From NCBI RefSeq assembly GCF_006345805.1, contig NC_043000.1, forward strand, positions 8,060,001-8,124,000: a stretch of DNA of 64,000 nucleotides, read 5' to 3'. Source of the DNA: Octopus sinensis. Its lineage: Eukaryota. The notes under the pieces were generated by a model. That model did no database searches. It was not told the origin of the DNA and saw nothing but the letters and a program-made list of their open reading frames with translations. Each line of letters opens with the position of its first letter. Within the stretch, counting starts at the first letter, position 1. This document shows positions 1 through 11,118 of the stretch, piece after piece. Made by a program: the position numbers and the translations under genes.

Positions 1-163
1 TGAGAACTGAGGTTCGAAATTTTCCCAAGACACCTGATGAAGGCTGGAGGGTATATCAGCTGAAACATTGTGTTAACAACAAACAAGATGAGGACAAATA
101 TCCTTCAAATGTAAATAAAGTAAATAATGTAAATAATTCCTCATCTCTTAAATATAGAATTGT
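1..163 (+). mobile_element. Penelope-like element terminal-repeat fragment (hammerhead-bearing), cut by window start
   Basis: Contains a minimal hammerhead fold at 29-74 followed by an AT-rich tail with repeated GTAAATAA; minimal hammerheads are a known hallmark of PLE terminal repeats. Confidence 0.55.
29..74 (+). ncRNA. Minimal type I hammerhead ribozyme, probably inactivated copy
   Basis: Stem I GACAC(29-33)/GTGTT(70-74); CTGATGA 34-40; extra A; stem II GGCTG/CAGCT; GAAA 62-65; CATT where CGTT would give the AACGTT dimer palindrome. Confidence 0.7.
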
Positions 164-169
164 AAAACA

Positions 170-690
170 CTAGCTTGGATAAACTAAAGCAACCTGTATG
201 GGGCAACATTATTGTATAAGAACAGGTCATCACCACTGGATATATTATGAATTATATCTTCAATTTCTACTTTACATAGGATAAAAGTCATTTGTATAAT
301 GTGTTTCTGAAGTAATGTGCCATATTTTATCAGGATGCTGGACACCAGCTCTCATAAAACAAATTTTAGGATACAATAAGATAGCGAAGCTGCTCTATTT
401 ATCCGTGTCAATCTAATTGTGGTTCCTGAAATATAAAGATTTATGGAACTCATATGAACATTCATTGTCTTAGAAAATGACAATGTGAAAATATTATGGA
501 ACTTTAGCATGCAGACAGACCACCAAATAGCACATAATTATTTTGACATTATTTTTCATGACGATAACGATGTTAATTTATTAATAATCAATATAGCAAT
601 ATCAAGTGGCTGTAATGTTGTATAGAGACAAACTGAAAAACTATCAAGTGATATTGGCTTAGCTATTGAATTAGAAACATTATGGTAGTT
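170..690 (+). mobile_element. Decayed R4/Dong-type non-LTR retrotransposon, zinc-knuckle and restriction-like endonuclease region
   Basis: Broken frames read MCHILSGC...NKIAKLLY and VLENDNVKILWNFSMQTDHQIAHNYFDII, matching the same region of the R4-type copy at 52.2-52.5 kb (KVKILWDFDFQT..RPDI). Confidence 0.7.
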
Positions 691-951
691 AACTCCTGTA
701 GTGCTTTCTCTTTGTAAATCTCTCGATCCTGTTTGAAACTAAAGATTTTGATGAAATGCTGTTAGTCCAATAAAAAAAATGTCATAAAAATCTAACGATC
801 ATATGAATTTGGATGAAATTTGCTGATAATCGTTAGTGTACATCGTGAGTGTGGTTTTTACTTGTTGATTATATAACTTTCACTTTCATTTTCTAAGGTA
901 GGTTGAACACAGTTAAGTTGATTACAAGTAAATGTTTTCATATATATATTT

Positions 952-1358
952 AGGCATAGGAGTGGCTGTGTGGTAAGTAGCTTGCTTACCAACCACATGG
1001 TTCCGGGTTCAGTCCCACTGTGTGGCACCTTGGGAAAGTGTCTTCTACTATAGCCTTGGGCTGACCAAAGCCTTGTGAGTGGATTTGGTAGACAGAAACT
1101 GAAAGAAGCCCATCATATATATATATATGTATGTATGTGTGTATATGTTTGTGTGTCTGTGTTTGTGCCCTCAACATGACTTGACAACCGATGCTGGTGT
1201 GTTTACGTCCCTGTAACTTAGCGGTTCGGCAAAGAGTCCGATAGAATAATTACTAGGCTTTCAAAGAATAAGTCCTGGGGTCGATTTGCTCAACTAAAGA
1301 CGTTGCTCCAGCATGTCCACAGTCAAATGATTGAAACAAGTAAAAGAGTAAAAGAGTA
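952..1358 (+). mobile_element. tRNA-headed SINE family A (about 400 bp, internal TA/TG tract, AAAAGAGT tail)
   Basis: A-box-like TGGCTGTGTGG, B-box-like GGTTCAGTCCC, CORE-like ACCTTGGGCAAGT segment, tandem GTAAAAGA tail; about 20 full or partial copies in the window (partials at about 3646, 7880, 26690, 28520, 49375, 51540, 53500, 59640, 60010, 60735). Confidence 0.85.
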
Positions 1359-1833
1359 AACTACTAATTTTGGTATTTACAAAATATTGATTTCTAGGCA
1401 TCAATTTCTTGTTCCACAGGTGAATTTGTGCTCCAGTTAGTCTTTGTAATTTTGGAAATGCACAACTCCCAAGAGATAAAGAATTTTGAGATATGACTTC
1501 ATCTTCATTTTGTAAGGCCCAACAAATTAGAGTTATTTACAACAGTTAGTGCTAATTTCAGTAATCATGCTCTCCTCATGTATTCACCAGTATGAAGAGA
1601 TGCTGCATTCTAAAATATGTCAGTAAATTAATGTTCTTCAATTCTTACCATTCATTAAAAAGTGCATTGATGTAATATGATATAATATGAACTAAGTGAT
1701 AATATCCTGCTCAGAACTGATAAATTTTATCATTTAGATGGCTGGTCTTTACAGATGTCACTGAAATATCATTCTAATTATTTTCTCCAAGTCTAAGCTT
1801 TCTTTCTCTAATTAAATCATGATAAATAAACAA

Positions 1834-2035
1834 TATTTCGTTTTTGGATTTGGTTTGCAAGATTCTTTATATGAGTTCGTGTGTTGAAGCATATTCTGTT
1901 GTGTCTGGGGAGAGTCATTTTCTTTTTGCGCCTTATAATATAACACAATCACTGGTAAAATTTCCACTTTTTTCTTATTTTTATTTTCCTAAAATTTTCG
2001 TTGCATCTTGCAACCTTTTCAATAGTCTTGACTCT
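1834..2035 (-). mobile_element. Repeat family D (probable PLE terminal repeat with variant hammerhead fold at 1989-2025)
   Basis: Same sequence at 8451-8596 (+), 30920-31125 (-) and 46174-46411 (with inversion). Confidence 0.7.
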
Positions 2036-2299
2036 GTCTGTTATTTATACTGTGTTCCCTTTTGTTTGTTTGTGTGCATGTGTGTGGGTCAGTGTGTGTG
2101 TGTGTGTGCCTGTACATGCATGCAGTAGTTTGTAATATATATATATATGAAAACATCTACTTGTAATCAACTTAACTGTGTTCAACCTACCTTAGAAAGT
2201 GAAATAAATAATAATTCTTTTTGATATTGGTACAAGGTCTGGAATTTAGGGTGTTAGGGTTAGTCAATTACAATGACCCCAATGGTCAAATGACACTTA

Positions 2300-3046
2300 T
2301 GAAGCTGGGCTGAAAAGTTAATATGTTGACCATGAAGAAGTGATGTTAGAGCTGTGAAATGTTGCATGCATTAATTTCAGCCCTTCTTGTTAATAACTGA
2401 ATAGTTTTCTTCCAGGTAAACTGATATGTGACTGTTCATACAAGACTTTGAAAGTAACTAGTAGTGACTTTTCTTCAAAATGAACAAAATTTGGTATCAT
2501 GGTGTTATCAAGTACCTGCAGAATAATGGTTTGCCCTCTAAAGACATTCATGCTGACATGATAACTACATTAGGGGATGATACTCCAGCTTTATCAACAG
2601 TGCAAAAATGGGTGGCAGAATTTTTGAGGGGAAGGGGGAGTCTTGAAGATGACCCAAGGTCTAGGTGTCTTGCAACTGCCACTATTGAGGAAAATATTGA
2701 TCATGTTCACCACATGGTGATGGATGAAAGGTGACTGACAATAAATCAAATAACCAATACTGTTAGCATATTCTGTGAGAGAGTTGAACTATTCTGCACT
2801 ATGAACTTGGCATGACAAAGGATTCTGTCTGGTGGATGTCATATCTTCTGACACCTGATCAAAAGTGCACTAAGCTGATTGCATCATGGGAAAATCTGAC
2901 ATTGTTTGAGTCCAGATCCAATTGGTTTCTTTGAATGCTTCCCAAGCCAGGATGAATATTGGCAAAAATAAATGCATGTATGGTGCAAACAGAAAGTGTT
3001 TTAAAATGAATTTCTTTCTAAATTGAGGCTAAACTTGGTTCCTCAT
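2300..3046 (+). mobile_element. Internally deleted mariner element, transposase N-terminal remnant
   Basis: MNKIWYHGVIKYLQNNGLPSKDIHADM...LSTVQKWVAEFLRGRGSLEDDPRS (HTH region), continuing with stops to a QDEYW first-Asp motif; mariner-like left end after TA. Confidence 0.85.
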
Positions 3047-3094
3047 GCAGAAGAGGGCTTAGTTCCTATTGTCAACTCCCACTGCAACAACAGC

Positions 3095-3308
3095 AGCCGT
3101 TTAAGAATTTGGACCTGGAGATCTCCATTTCCAACGACTTCGAGGGCCACCTCCCAGTGGTGTTGGGCGTCAACGAAGAGCCCTTGACTACAACAAGACG
3201 ATCAAAGTTTTTTTTTGCCAAGGTCTGGGGTCTCCTGCCCCTAAGCCCTAGACCCCCACCTAATCACCCTTACTTGTCTTGTTGCTTAACAACAACAGCA
3301 ACAACAAC
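3095..3308 (+). mobile_element. Unclassified GC-rich interspersed repeat with (AAC)n tail
   Basis: Inverted copy at 11680-11889; ends in CTTAACAACAACAGCAACAAC. Confidence 0.55.
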
Positions 3309-4365
3309 ACTGCTTGAATTGCAGTTTTGTGTGATGTAGGTGTTTGGAAGAGCTGCTGATATTTACAGAATAAGATTTTAAACCCTTTATCATTCAGATG
3401 CTTCTATCAAATGTAATGCTTGTTAATATGCTTGTTCATTCACGTTAGTTTGAATTGACCATGCGTTATCTTGTAGCTTTGAGGTTTGATGATGTGAATA
3501 TTTATTTTTAGAATGACTTTGTAACGTAGGTACAAGGGGTTGATCTGGCCAGTTTGAACAGAAAACAGGTAGAATATTTTCGCCTGATATGGTTGGGTTA
3601 GATGCTAAAGGATTAAGGGCACCAACAGATTATTTATAGTATAGACACATAGGTGCAGGCATGGCTATGTAGCAAGAAGCTTGCTTCCCAACCACATAGT
3701 TCTGGGTTCAGTCCCACTGCATGGCACCTTGGGCAAGTGTTTTCTACTATAGCCTCAGGTTGACCAAAGCCTTGTGTGTTTGTGTCTGACACAAACACAC
3801 TTGACAACTGATGTGTGTATTTCAAGTGAGTGTGGACAAGCATATGCACATAGGCAGACATGTGTAGGTGTGCGTGCACGAATGTTTATGTATGGACATG
3901 TGCGCATATGTGTTCGCCATATTCACTCCTTTACTTTTTATTCTTATTGCTTATTTTTTACACTTTTTTACACATTTTCTCTATTTTCCCTTTAGCCCTG
4001 TTTTTTCTTGTGCATGTGCGTATATAGACATGTGTATGAACCTTTTTAGTGTGCGTGTATGTATGTGCATGCGTGTATGTGGGTACGTATATATTTTTTG
4101 GCGAATGTGTGGGTAAGCATGTGTGTGTTTCAAGTGAGGGTGGATGAGTATATACACATAGGCACATGTACGTGGGTGTGTAGGCGTGCATGTGTATGTA
4201 TGGACATGTGCGCTTATGCGATTGCTATGAACATTTTTACTCCCTTACCTTTACCCCCCCCTACTTAGCGGTCATTCTAATGGCTCTTTTGTCTTAATAG
4301 CGGTCAATCACACAGTAATTTCCCTTTGTTTAACGGTCATTTCCATAGCATTTTTTGATGGCTCA

Positions 4366-4424
4366 ATAACTGAAGAGATGCCAGCGTGGGTTTCTGCCCC
4401 GACATCTGAAACTTGGAGTTTTAT
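4366..4424 (+). ncRNA. Type I hammerhead ribozyme-like motif (PLE-type)
   Basis: Stem I ATAA/TTAT; CTGAAGA 4370-4376; stem II GATG.C/G.CATC; one extra T; GAAAC 4408-4412; quasi-palindromic stem III ACTT-G-GAGT; GTT triplet 4418-4420. Confidence 0.6.
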
Positions 4425-4549
4425 CATGGCTACCGAATAATTGTCACATATTATATATGTATGCGTATATATATATATATATATATATGATATGAGATAT
4501 ATATATATATATATATATCTCATCATCATCATCTACTGGAATGTTCTTG

Positions 4550-4744
4550 GGTTTAAGGGTATTGCAAAAGGCCTGGTTGGAGGCCCAACCTTCTGAGTTC
4601 TTTTACATGGTTTAGAAAAACTGAAGGACTGCCGCAATTAGCGTGTGAATCCGAGAGGGGAATATGTTGAATAAAATCATGATTAACTGATCCTCCTGTA
4701 TTTTCTGTTACCCTAAGCCAGGACTTCTTCAGCATCCCCTTGTA
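4550..4744 (+). mobile_element. Mariner 3' end fragment
   Basis: Reads AWLEAQPSEFF..GLEKLK...RGEYVE-stop, then a TIR-like GCCAGGACTTCTTCAGCATCCCCTTG ending at TA. Confidence 0.7.
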
Positions 4745-5721
4745 TGTATGTATGTATGTATGTATGTGTGTATGTGTCATTATTCAGTTTCATTTCAAGA
4801 TGTTTTGGCATTAGAAAAAGAACCAGTTTCTAACCTAGATCCTTGGCTCCTTCACTAGAATTTCAGCAACATCAACAGGGTATTTTTGTATGTATGATTC
4901 TGTGTAGATTTGTATGTGTTGCTTTATGTATGTATTCTCATGCATATAGTTGCATATCTAGACATGCTCATATAAATTTAAATGATAAACTTCTGGAAAG
5001 TTTTACGAATTTTTACTGTTCCAGTGATGGATAGGATCTGTAGTCTTCGAATCAGCTCTCTCCTTTCTGGTTTTGAGAAGCCTAATTTCTCAAGACTGGT
5101 ATTTAGGCAGTGTGTTACATATCTAAGTGCCTAAATGATTACAGGTATATATCTAGTACATGTGTATATGTGTGAATGTATTTGCACATCCTGGCCTTGA
5201 CATCGTCTGATTGTTGTAAATGACTATCACCATTATATGATCCGTGCCATTTGTTTCCAGTCTTCTGTGAGAACATGACCTGTCATGAAGGAATATTAGC
5301 TTGCTTGGAAACAAGTGAAGGCTGGCAACCAAAAGGGCAATTGGCTATAGAAAATCATCTGCCTTGATAAATTCTGTCTGACCCATACAGGCATGAGACA
5401 ATGTACATTAAAACAATGATGATGATGATGATGACAATGTTGAATGTGATAATTTTTCTACAATATTTGCTCACATTGAACATTTTTATGCATGATTTCA
5501 AAAGGCATTCTCCTAATATTTTTGCTGATGCAGGAAACCAAGCTCTTGAACCTATTTCTAAAATCATTTATGCACAGAGAGAGAGAGTGAAAGAGAAAGA
5601 CGGACAGAGAATACTTAAAAGTGAGAGGAGAATTCTAAAAGTGTCAGGTAGTTTCTGTCATTAAAAATCCTTCTTTGGGAATTGTCTGGAGGTAGAAGAA
5701 TATGAAGAATATGAAAGAAAA

Positions 5722-5957
5722 GGCAACCTGGCAGAGCTGGCAGAAACGTTAGCATGCCAGGCAAAGTGCTTAGCAGTATTTCACCTGCCGTTACGTTTGG
5801 AGTTCAAATTCCGCAGAGGTCGACTTTGCCTTTCATCCTTTTGGGATCGATAAATTATGTACCAGTTACGCTCTGGGGTCGATGTAGTCGACTTAATCCC
5901 TTTGTCTGTCCTTGTTTGTCCTCTCTATGTTTAGCCCCTTGTGGGCAATAAAGAAAT
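5722..5957 (+). mobile_element. SINE family B with 17-bp target-site duplication
   Basis: GAGCTGGCAGAA head, GAGTTCAAATTCC box, GTCGACTTTGCCTTTCATCC core; AAGAATATGAAAGAAAA at 5705-5721 and 5958-5974. Confidence 0.85.
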
Positions 5958-6092
5958 AAGAATATGAAAGAAAAAGCTAAGATGGAAAACAAATTGCAAA
6001 ATATATACATAGGATAGATGCACAATCACTTATGTGAGTATATTTATATAAAGTTGTTTTATATACATGGTGTGTGTATCTGTATGCTCATA

Positions 6093-6123
<31 letters not shown>

Positions 6124-6156
6124 AGATACATACATGCACACACACATATTCATACA

Positions 6157-6192
<36 letters not shown>

Positions 6193-6193
6193 C

Positions 6194-6247
<54 letters not shown>

Positions 6248-6255
6248 ATATATGT

Positions 6256-6540
6256 GAAGTTGCATGGCTCAGTGGTTAGTGCATTCGGCTCATGATCATA
6301 AGGTTGTGAGTTCAATTCCTGGTGACACATTGTGTCCTTGAGCAAGACATTTTTTTCACGTTATTCTTATCCACACAGGTATTTCAACAGTCCAGCCTTG
6401 TCTCACTCTGTGTCATGCTAAATCTCCCTGAGAACTATGTTAAGGGTACACATGTCTGTGGAGTGCTCAGCCACTTGCACATTAATTTCAAGAGCAATCT
6501 GTTCCATAGATCGTATCAGGTGGGACCCTCATCGTTGTAA
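6256..6540 (+). mobile_element. tRNA-headed SINE family C
   Basis: TGGCTCAGTGGTTAG (A box), GAGTTCAATTCC (B box), then TGTGTCCTTGAGCAAGACA. Confidence 0.7.
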
Positions 6541-6569
6541 CCAATTGAGTGCTCCTTGTATATATACAA

Positions 6570-6955
6570 GGCACAGGAGTGGCTGTGTGGTAAATAGCTT
6601 GCTTACCAACCACATCATTCCAGATTCAGTCCCACTGTATGGCACCTTGGGCAAGTGTCTTCTACTATAGTCTCGGGACAACCAAAGCCTTGTGAGAAGT
6701 CCGTCGTATATATGTATATGTATATATATGTGTGTGTGTGTGTGTGTTTTGTGTCTGTGTTTGTTCCCCCAACATTGCTTGACAACTGATGCTGGTGTAT
6801 TTACATCCCTGTAACTTAGTGGTTCGGCAAATGAGACCAATAGAATAAGTACTAGGCTTACAAAGAATAAGTCCTGGGGTCGATTTGCTCGACTAAAGGC
6901 AGTGCTCTAGCATGGCCGCAGTCAAATGACTGAAACAAGTAAAATAGTAAAGAGT
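6570..6955 (+). mobile_element. SINE family A
   Basis: Full-length match to 952-1358. Confidence 0.85.
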
Positions 6956-7412
6956 ATATATATATATAAACACACACACACACACACATACATATATATT
7001 TATATGTGTGTGTATTCACACATATTATATACGTATTTGAGTGTATGTGTGTGTGTGTATATATATATATTTATTAATATTTGGCAGAAGTAAGAGAGTA
7101 ACACAAAGGCCATGGTCAAAACAATACAAGTTATAAAAGTTTAATGATACAGATCGATGGTTAGGACTATTAACTAGTTAGGACTATTATCTAACACCTT
7201 TTCTCCATATATCTCTTGAAGAACAGGTCCTAATCGTATAAAATTGATATATCAGGTAATAGTAATAGATTATTAATTTTTGATAAGTTGCATTATTTGG
7301 CCGTAGCCCTTTTGTAAAGCACTTTTGCCTATTACAAAATTACAAAAACAAAAGTTTAAACATTTATATACATCAGATAACGCTTTCTGAAGACTATACT
7401 ACTGTACCATAT

Positions 7413-7863
7413 TACTCTTTTACTCTTTTACTTGTTTCAGTCATTTGACTGCAGCCATGCTGGAGCACCGCCTTGAAGGGTTTTAGTAAAAGAAATCAAC
7501 TCCTAGACTTATTCTTTGTAAGGCCAGTACTTATTCTATCAACCTCTTTTTGCTGAAGCAATAACTTATGGGGCCATAAACACACCAGCATCGGTTGTCA
7601 AGCAATGGTAGCAGGGGACAAACACAGACACACATAAATAGATATATATACATGCATACATACATATATATGTATACGCATGCACACACAAACACACACA
7701 CACAGAGTAGGCTTCTTTCAGTTTCTATCTACCAAATCCACTCAAGGCTTTGGTTGGTCTGAGGCTATAGTAGAAGACATTTGTTCAAGGTGCCACACAA
7801 TGGAACTGAACCTATAACCATGTGGTTGGGAAGCAAACTTCTCACCACATGGCCATGCCTACT
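7413..7863 (-). mobile_element. SINE family A
   Basis: Reverse complement of family A including TACTCTTT tail. Confidence 0.85.
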
Positions 7864-8310
7864 CCCATTTATGTTTTACCTGTAACTTGTTTCAATTGAT
7901 TTCAGTCCTTGCTGTGGTGCCACCTTGAACACTTTGAACAAACAAATTAACCTTGGTACTTTTTATTTTTTTATTTTGCCTTAAGCAAAATTCTATTGAT
8001 CACCTTTGGCCAAACTGCTAAGTAACAGAGACATAAACAAACCAACACAGGCTGTCATGTAGTTGTTGGGGACAAACACAAAAACTGACTTTTATTTTCC
8101 TCTACTGGTTCTTATGCACACACACACATACACTACACTTTGATCTTAGTCAATAGGCCGAGAAATATTTATATCAAGTCATATGTGTGTGTGTGTGTAT
8201 ACATGCGTTTGCATGCATGAATATATATGTGTGTGTGTGTGTGCATCTATATGTGTGGGTGTTGTATTTATGCATAAATGTATGTGTATTTCTTTACATA
8301 CATGTATATA

Positions 8311-8667
8311 CAGTTGCCTAAAAGTAGGTTTTGCAGTTATTCAACTATCTCTTTTGCATTCATATATTAATGGTTTAGATCTTAATTTTAGAAAAAATGT
8401 GAAACCATTATTCTATGCTAATTTAGTTAATTGTAAGATAGAAATTTAAAGAGAGTCAAAACTATTGAAAAGGTTGCAAGACGCAACGAAAATTTTAGGA
8501 AAATAAAAATAAGAAGAAAGTGGAAATTTTACCGGTGAGTGTGTCACATAATAAGGCACAAAAAGAAAATGACCCTCCCCAGACACAACAGAAATTTAAA
8601 TGTAATGTTTTAAAAGAAATTTAGAGTGCCTACGTGATAACTGTAAACCTACTTTTGGGCCACCCTG
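8311..8667. mobile_element. Tc1/mariner-type MITE with nested repeat D
   Basis: Imperfect terminal inverted repeats CAG.TGCCTAAAAGTAGGTTT / AAACCTACTTTTGGGCCACCCTG with TA on both sides. Confidence 0.7.
8462..8498 (+). ncRNA. Variant minimal hammerhead fold (U3-A8 core) in repeat D
   Basis: CTA | TTGAAAA | G | GTTGC-AAGAC-GCAAC | GAAA | ATT-T | TAG; palindromic AAAATTTT at stem III; stem I only 3 bp. Confidence 0.5.
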
Positions 8668-9184
8668 TATATGTATATATGTTTGTATATACATATTTAT
8701 ATACATTTAGGGAGAGAAAGACAAAGGTATGAAAAGATAGACAAATAGATGGATAGAGAGAGAGAGAGAGAGAGAGAGGGAGGGGCAAGAGAGATGAAGA
8801 AAGAAGCAAGGAGATATGAATTAAGGATAGTAAAAAAAAGGGGTAAAAATGAGATGATATGAAATGGAAGCAATAAAATGGAATGGGTGCTTTTGCGATA
8901 AAAGAATGTCTGCTTCACTGTTGGTTATTGCCATTGTGTATGTCAAAAAAAAATTACATCATCCAACAGGAACAGTTATCTTCTCTGTTACCTGCTTAGT
9001 CACAACATACCCTAATAATATAAGGTTCTCCTGGGGTTCTAAAAGTATTGTTATTTTTGTTGTTGTTGCTTTTTTTAGCCTCGTGTCATCCCAGCTATGT
9101 AGCTGCCCCTCTCTTTACTGCTATGTAAAACCTGTATAGGGTATGCATGATTGTGTGTGTCAAATGTGTGTGTATTTGTGTGTA

Positions 9185-9221
<37 letters not shown>

Positions 9222-9354
9222 ACATATATATATCCATATATAGATCTATCTATCTATCTATCTATACACACACACACACATACATATATATACATGAGTG
9301 ACTGAACAAATAAAAGGGCACTCAACCAACTTATTGGGAGTTATGTGAATGGAT

Positions 9355-9412
9355 CATTGGTACTCATTCATTGGTACTCATTGGTACTCATTGGTACTAA
9401 TTCACTGGTACT
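9355..9412 (+). repeat. Five near-tandem copies of CATTGGTACT
   Basis: 9355-64, 9369-78, 9379-88, 9389-98, 9403-12 (last copy CACTGGTACT); reverse complement of 9466-9475. Confidence 0.9.
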
Positions 9413-9427
9413 CTTCAGGTTCAAGTG

Positions 9428-9475
9428 CAATGGCTGACAACTAGCATCATTTGCTGAAACTCAAGAGTACCAATG
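9428..9475 (+). ncRNA. Degenerate type I hammerhead-like motif
   Basis: CAATGG/CCAATG stem I (one mismatch); CTGACAA 9434-9440 (CTGACGA with CpG decay); AGCA/TGCT stem; GAAAC 9456-9460; ACTC-AA-GAGT; GTA triplet. Confidence 0.5.
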
Positions 9476-9489
9476 ATTTTGAATCCAAC

Positions 9490-9528
9490 TGTGTTTTTGG
9501 ATCCATATATATTATATATATATATATT

Positions 9529-9566
<38 letters not shown>

Positions 9567-9877
9567 ATAATATATATATATATATCTGTATATATATATA
9601 ATGTGTAATATTATATCTTATCATATCATCATCAATCATCACATCGTTTAACGTCTGTTCTCCATGCTAGCATGGTTTGGACGGTTCAACTGGGGATCTG
9701 GGAAGCAGAAGGCTGCACCAGGCTCCGTTCTTATCTGGCAACGTTTCTACTACAGCTGGATGCCCTTCCTATAATATATATAATATATATATATGTATAT
9801 ATGTATATATATATTATATATGTATATATGATAATGATGATATATATTATATTATATATAATATCTATATGTATGTA

Positions 9878-9919
<42 letters not shown>

Positions 9920-10028
9920 ATTATATATATGTATATATGTATATATGTATATATATAAATATATATATAATCTATTCTATATATGTATTTGTTATATAAT
10001 ATATATATATATATTTGTTTATCTATAT

Positions 10029-10063
<35 letters not shown>

Positions 10064-10181
10064 TGTATATATATAATTATATATGTATATAATTATTTGT
10101 ATATTCATCATCATCATCATCATCATATATATATGTGTAAATATATATATATATATGTGTATATATATATGTGTATATATA

Positions 10182-10234
<53 letters not shown>

Positions 10235-10420
10235 ATATATATATATGTATATATCATCATCATTTAACGTCCGTTCTCCTGCTAGCATGGGTTGGAATAT
10301 ATATATATATATATACATATATATCACATTATATATATATACTATAATATATATATACATATATATACATATATATGTATATATATATATATGTGGGTGT
10401 ATATATATATATATATGTAT
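9490..10420. repeat. Degenerate (TA)n microsatellite block with embedded RTE 3' ends
   Basis: About 900 bp of TA-dominated sequence; RTE tails at about 9620-9770 and 10252-10295. Confidence 0.9.
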
Positions 10421-10424
10421 GTAT

Positions 10425-10762
10425 TGGCTTCTGTGCTGGTGGCGTGTAAAATGCACCATTCAAGCATGATTGTTACCAGAGTCACCTTACTGGCACTTGT
10501 GCCGGTGGCATGTGAAAAAATATTTGAGCCTGGCCGTTGCCAGTACTGCCTGACTGGCCCTCGTGCGAGTGGTATGTAAAAGCACCCACTACACTCTAGG
10601 AGTGGTTGGCATTAAGGAGGGCATCCGGTCGTAGAAACTCTGCCAGATCAGATTGGAGCCTGGTGCAGCCATCTGGTTTGCCAGTCCACAGTCAAATCGT
10701 CCAACCCATGCCAGCATGGAAAGCGTACGTTAAACGATGATGATGATGATGATGATGATGAT
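10425..10762 (+). mobile_element. 5'-truncated RTE LINE (3' UTR only, family of 33815-37466)
   Basis: GTGCCGGTGGCA subrepeats, GGCATTAAGGAGGGCATCC, CCAACCCATGCCAGCATGGAAAGC..GTTAAACGATGATGAT tail. Confidence 0.85.
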
Positions 10763-10813
10763 ATATATACATGCATGAATAGATATATTCATATATATAT
10801 ATACATATATATG

Positions 10814-10861
<48 letters not shown>

Positions 10862-10876
10862 AACATACATATAGGA

Positions 10877-10995
10877 AAACTGGATATAAGAGAAATCAGA
10901 AGTTGTGTGCATGAGAAAAGACTGCACTGGTTTGGTCATGTGACGTGTATAGATGAGGATAGCAGCATAGAGAAGTGCCAAGCTCTTATTGTGGG
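10877..10995 (+). mobile_element. RTE ORF2 C-terminal fragment
   Basis: KLDIREIRSCVHEKRLHWFGHVTCIDEDSSIEKC aligns with KLDLRSISCGVQERRLRWYGHVARMDEDSCVKKC of the long RTE. Confidence 0.8.
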
Positions 10996-11118
10996 GTTTA
11001 GTTTATCCCCCATTACTGCTTGGCAACCAGTGTTGGTGTGTTTACGTCCCTGTAACTTAGTTGTTTGGGAAAAAGGACCAAGAGAAGTAACAGGCTTACA
11101 AAAATAAATAAATAAATA

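Noticed and set aside
6256-6330. tRNA genes at SINE heads (also 952, 27972, 40380)
   Set aside because: A and B boxes are present but no complete cloverleaf; they run into SINE bodies
9421-10579. Long ORFs rich in Y/I/H/T/C/V/M here and at 28.7-29.4, 50.5-51.2, 55.0-56.9 kb
   Set aside because: Translations of (TA)n, (CA)n, (CATA)n and (CAT)n microsatellites, open in several frames at once
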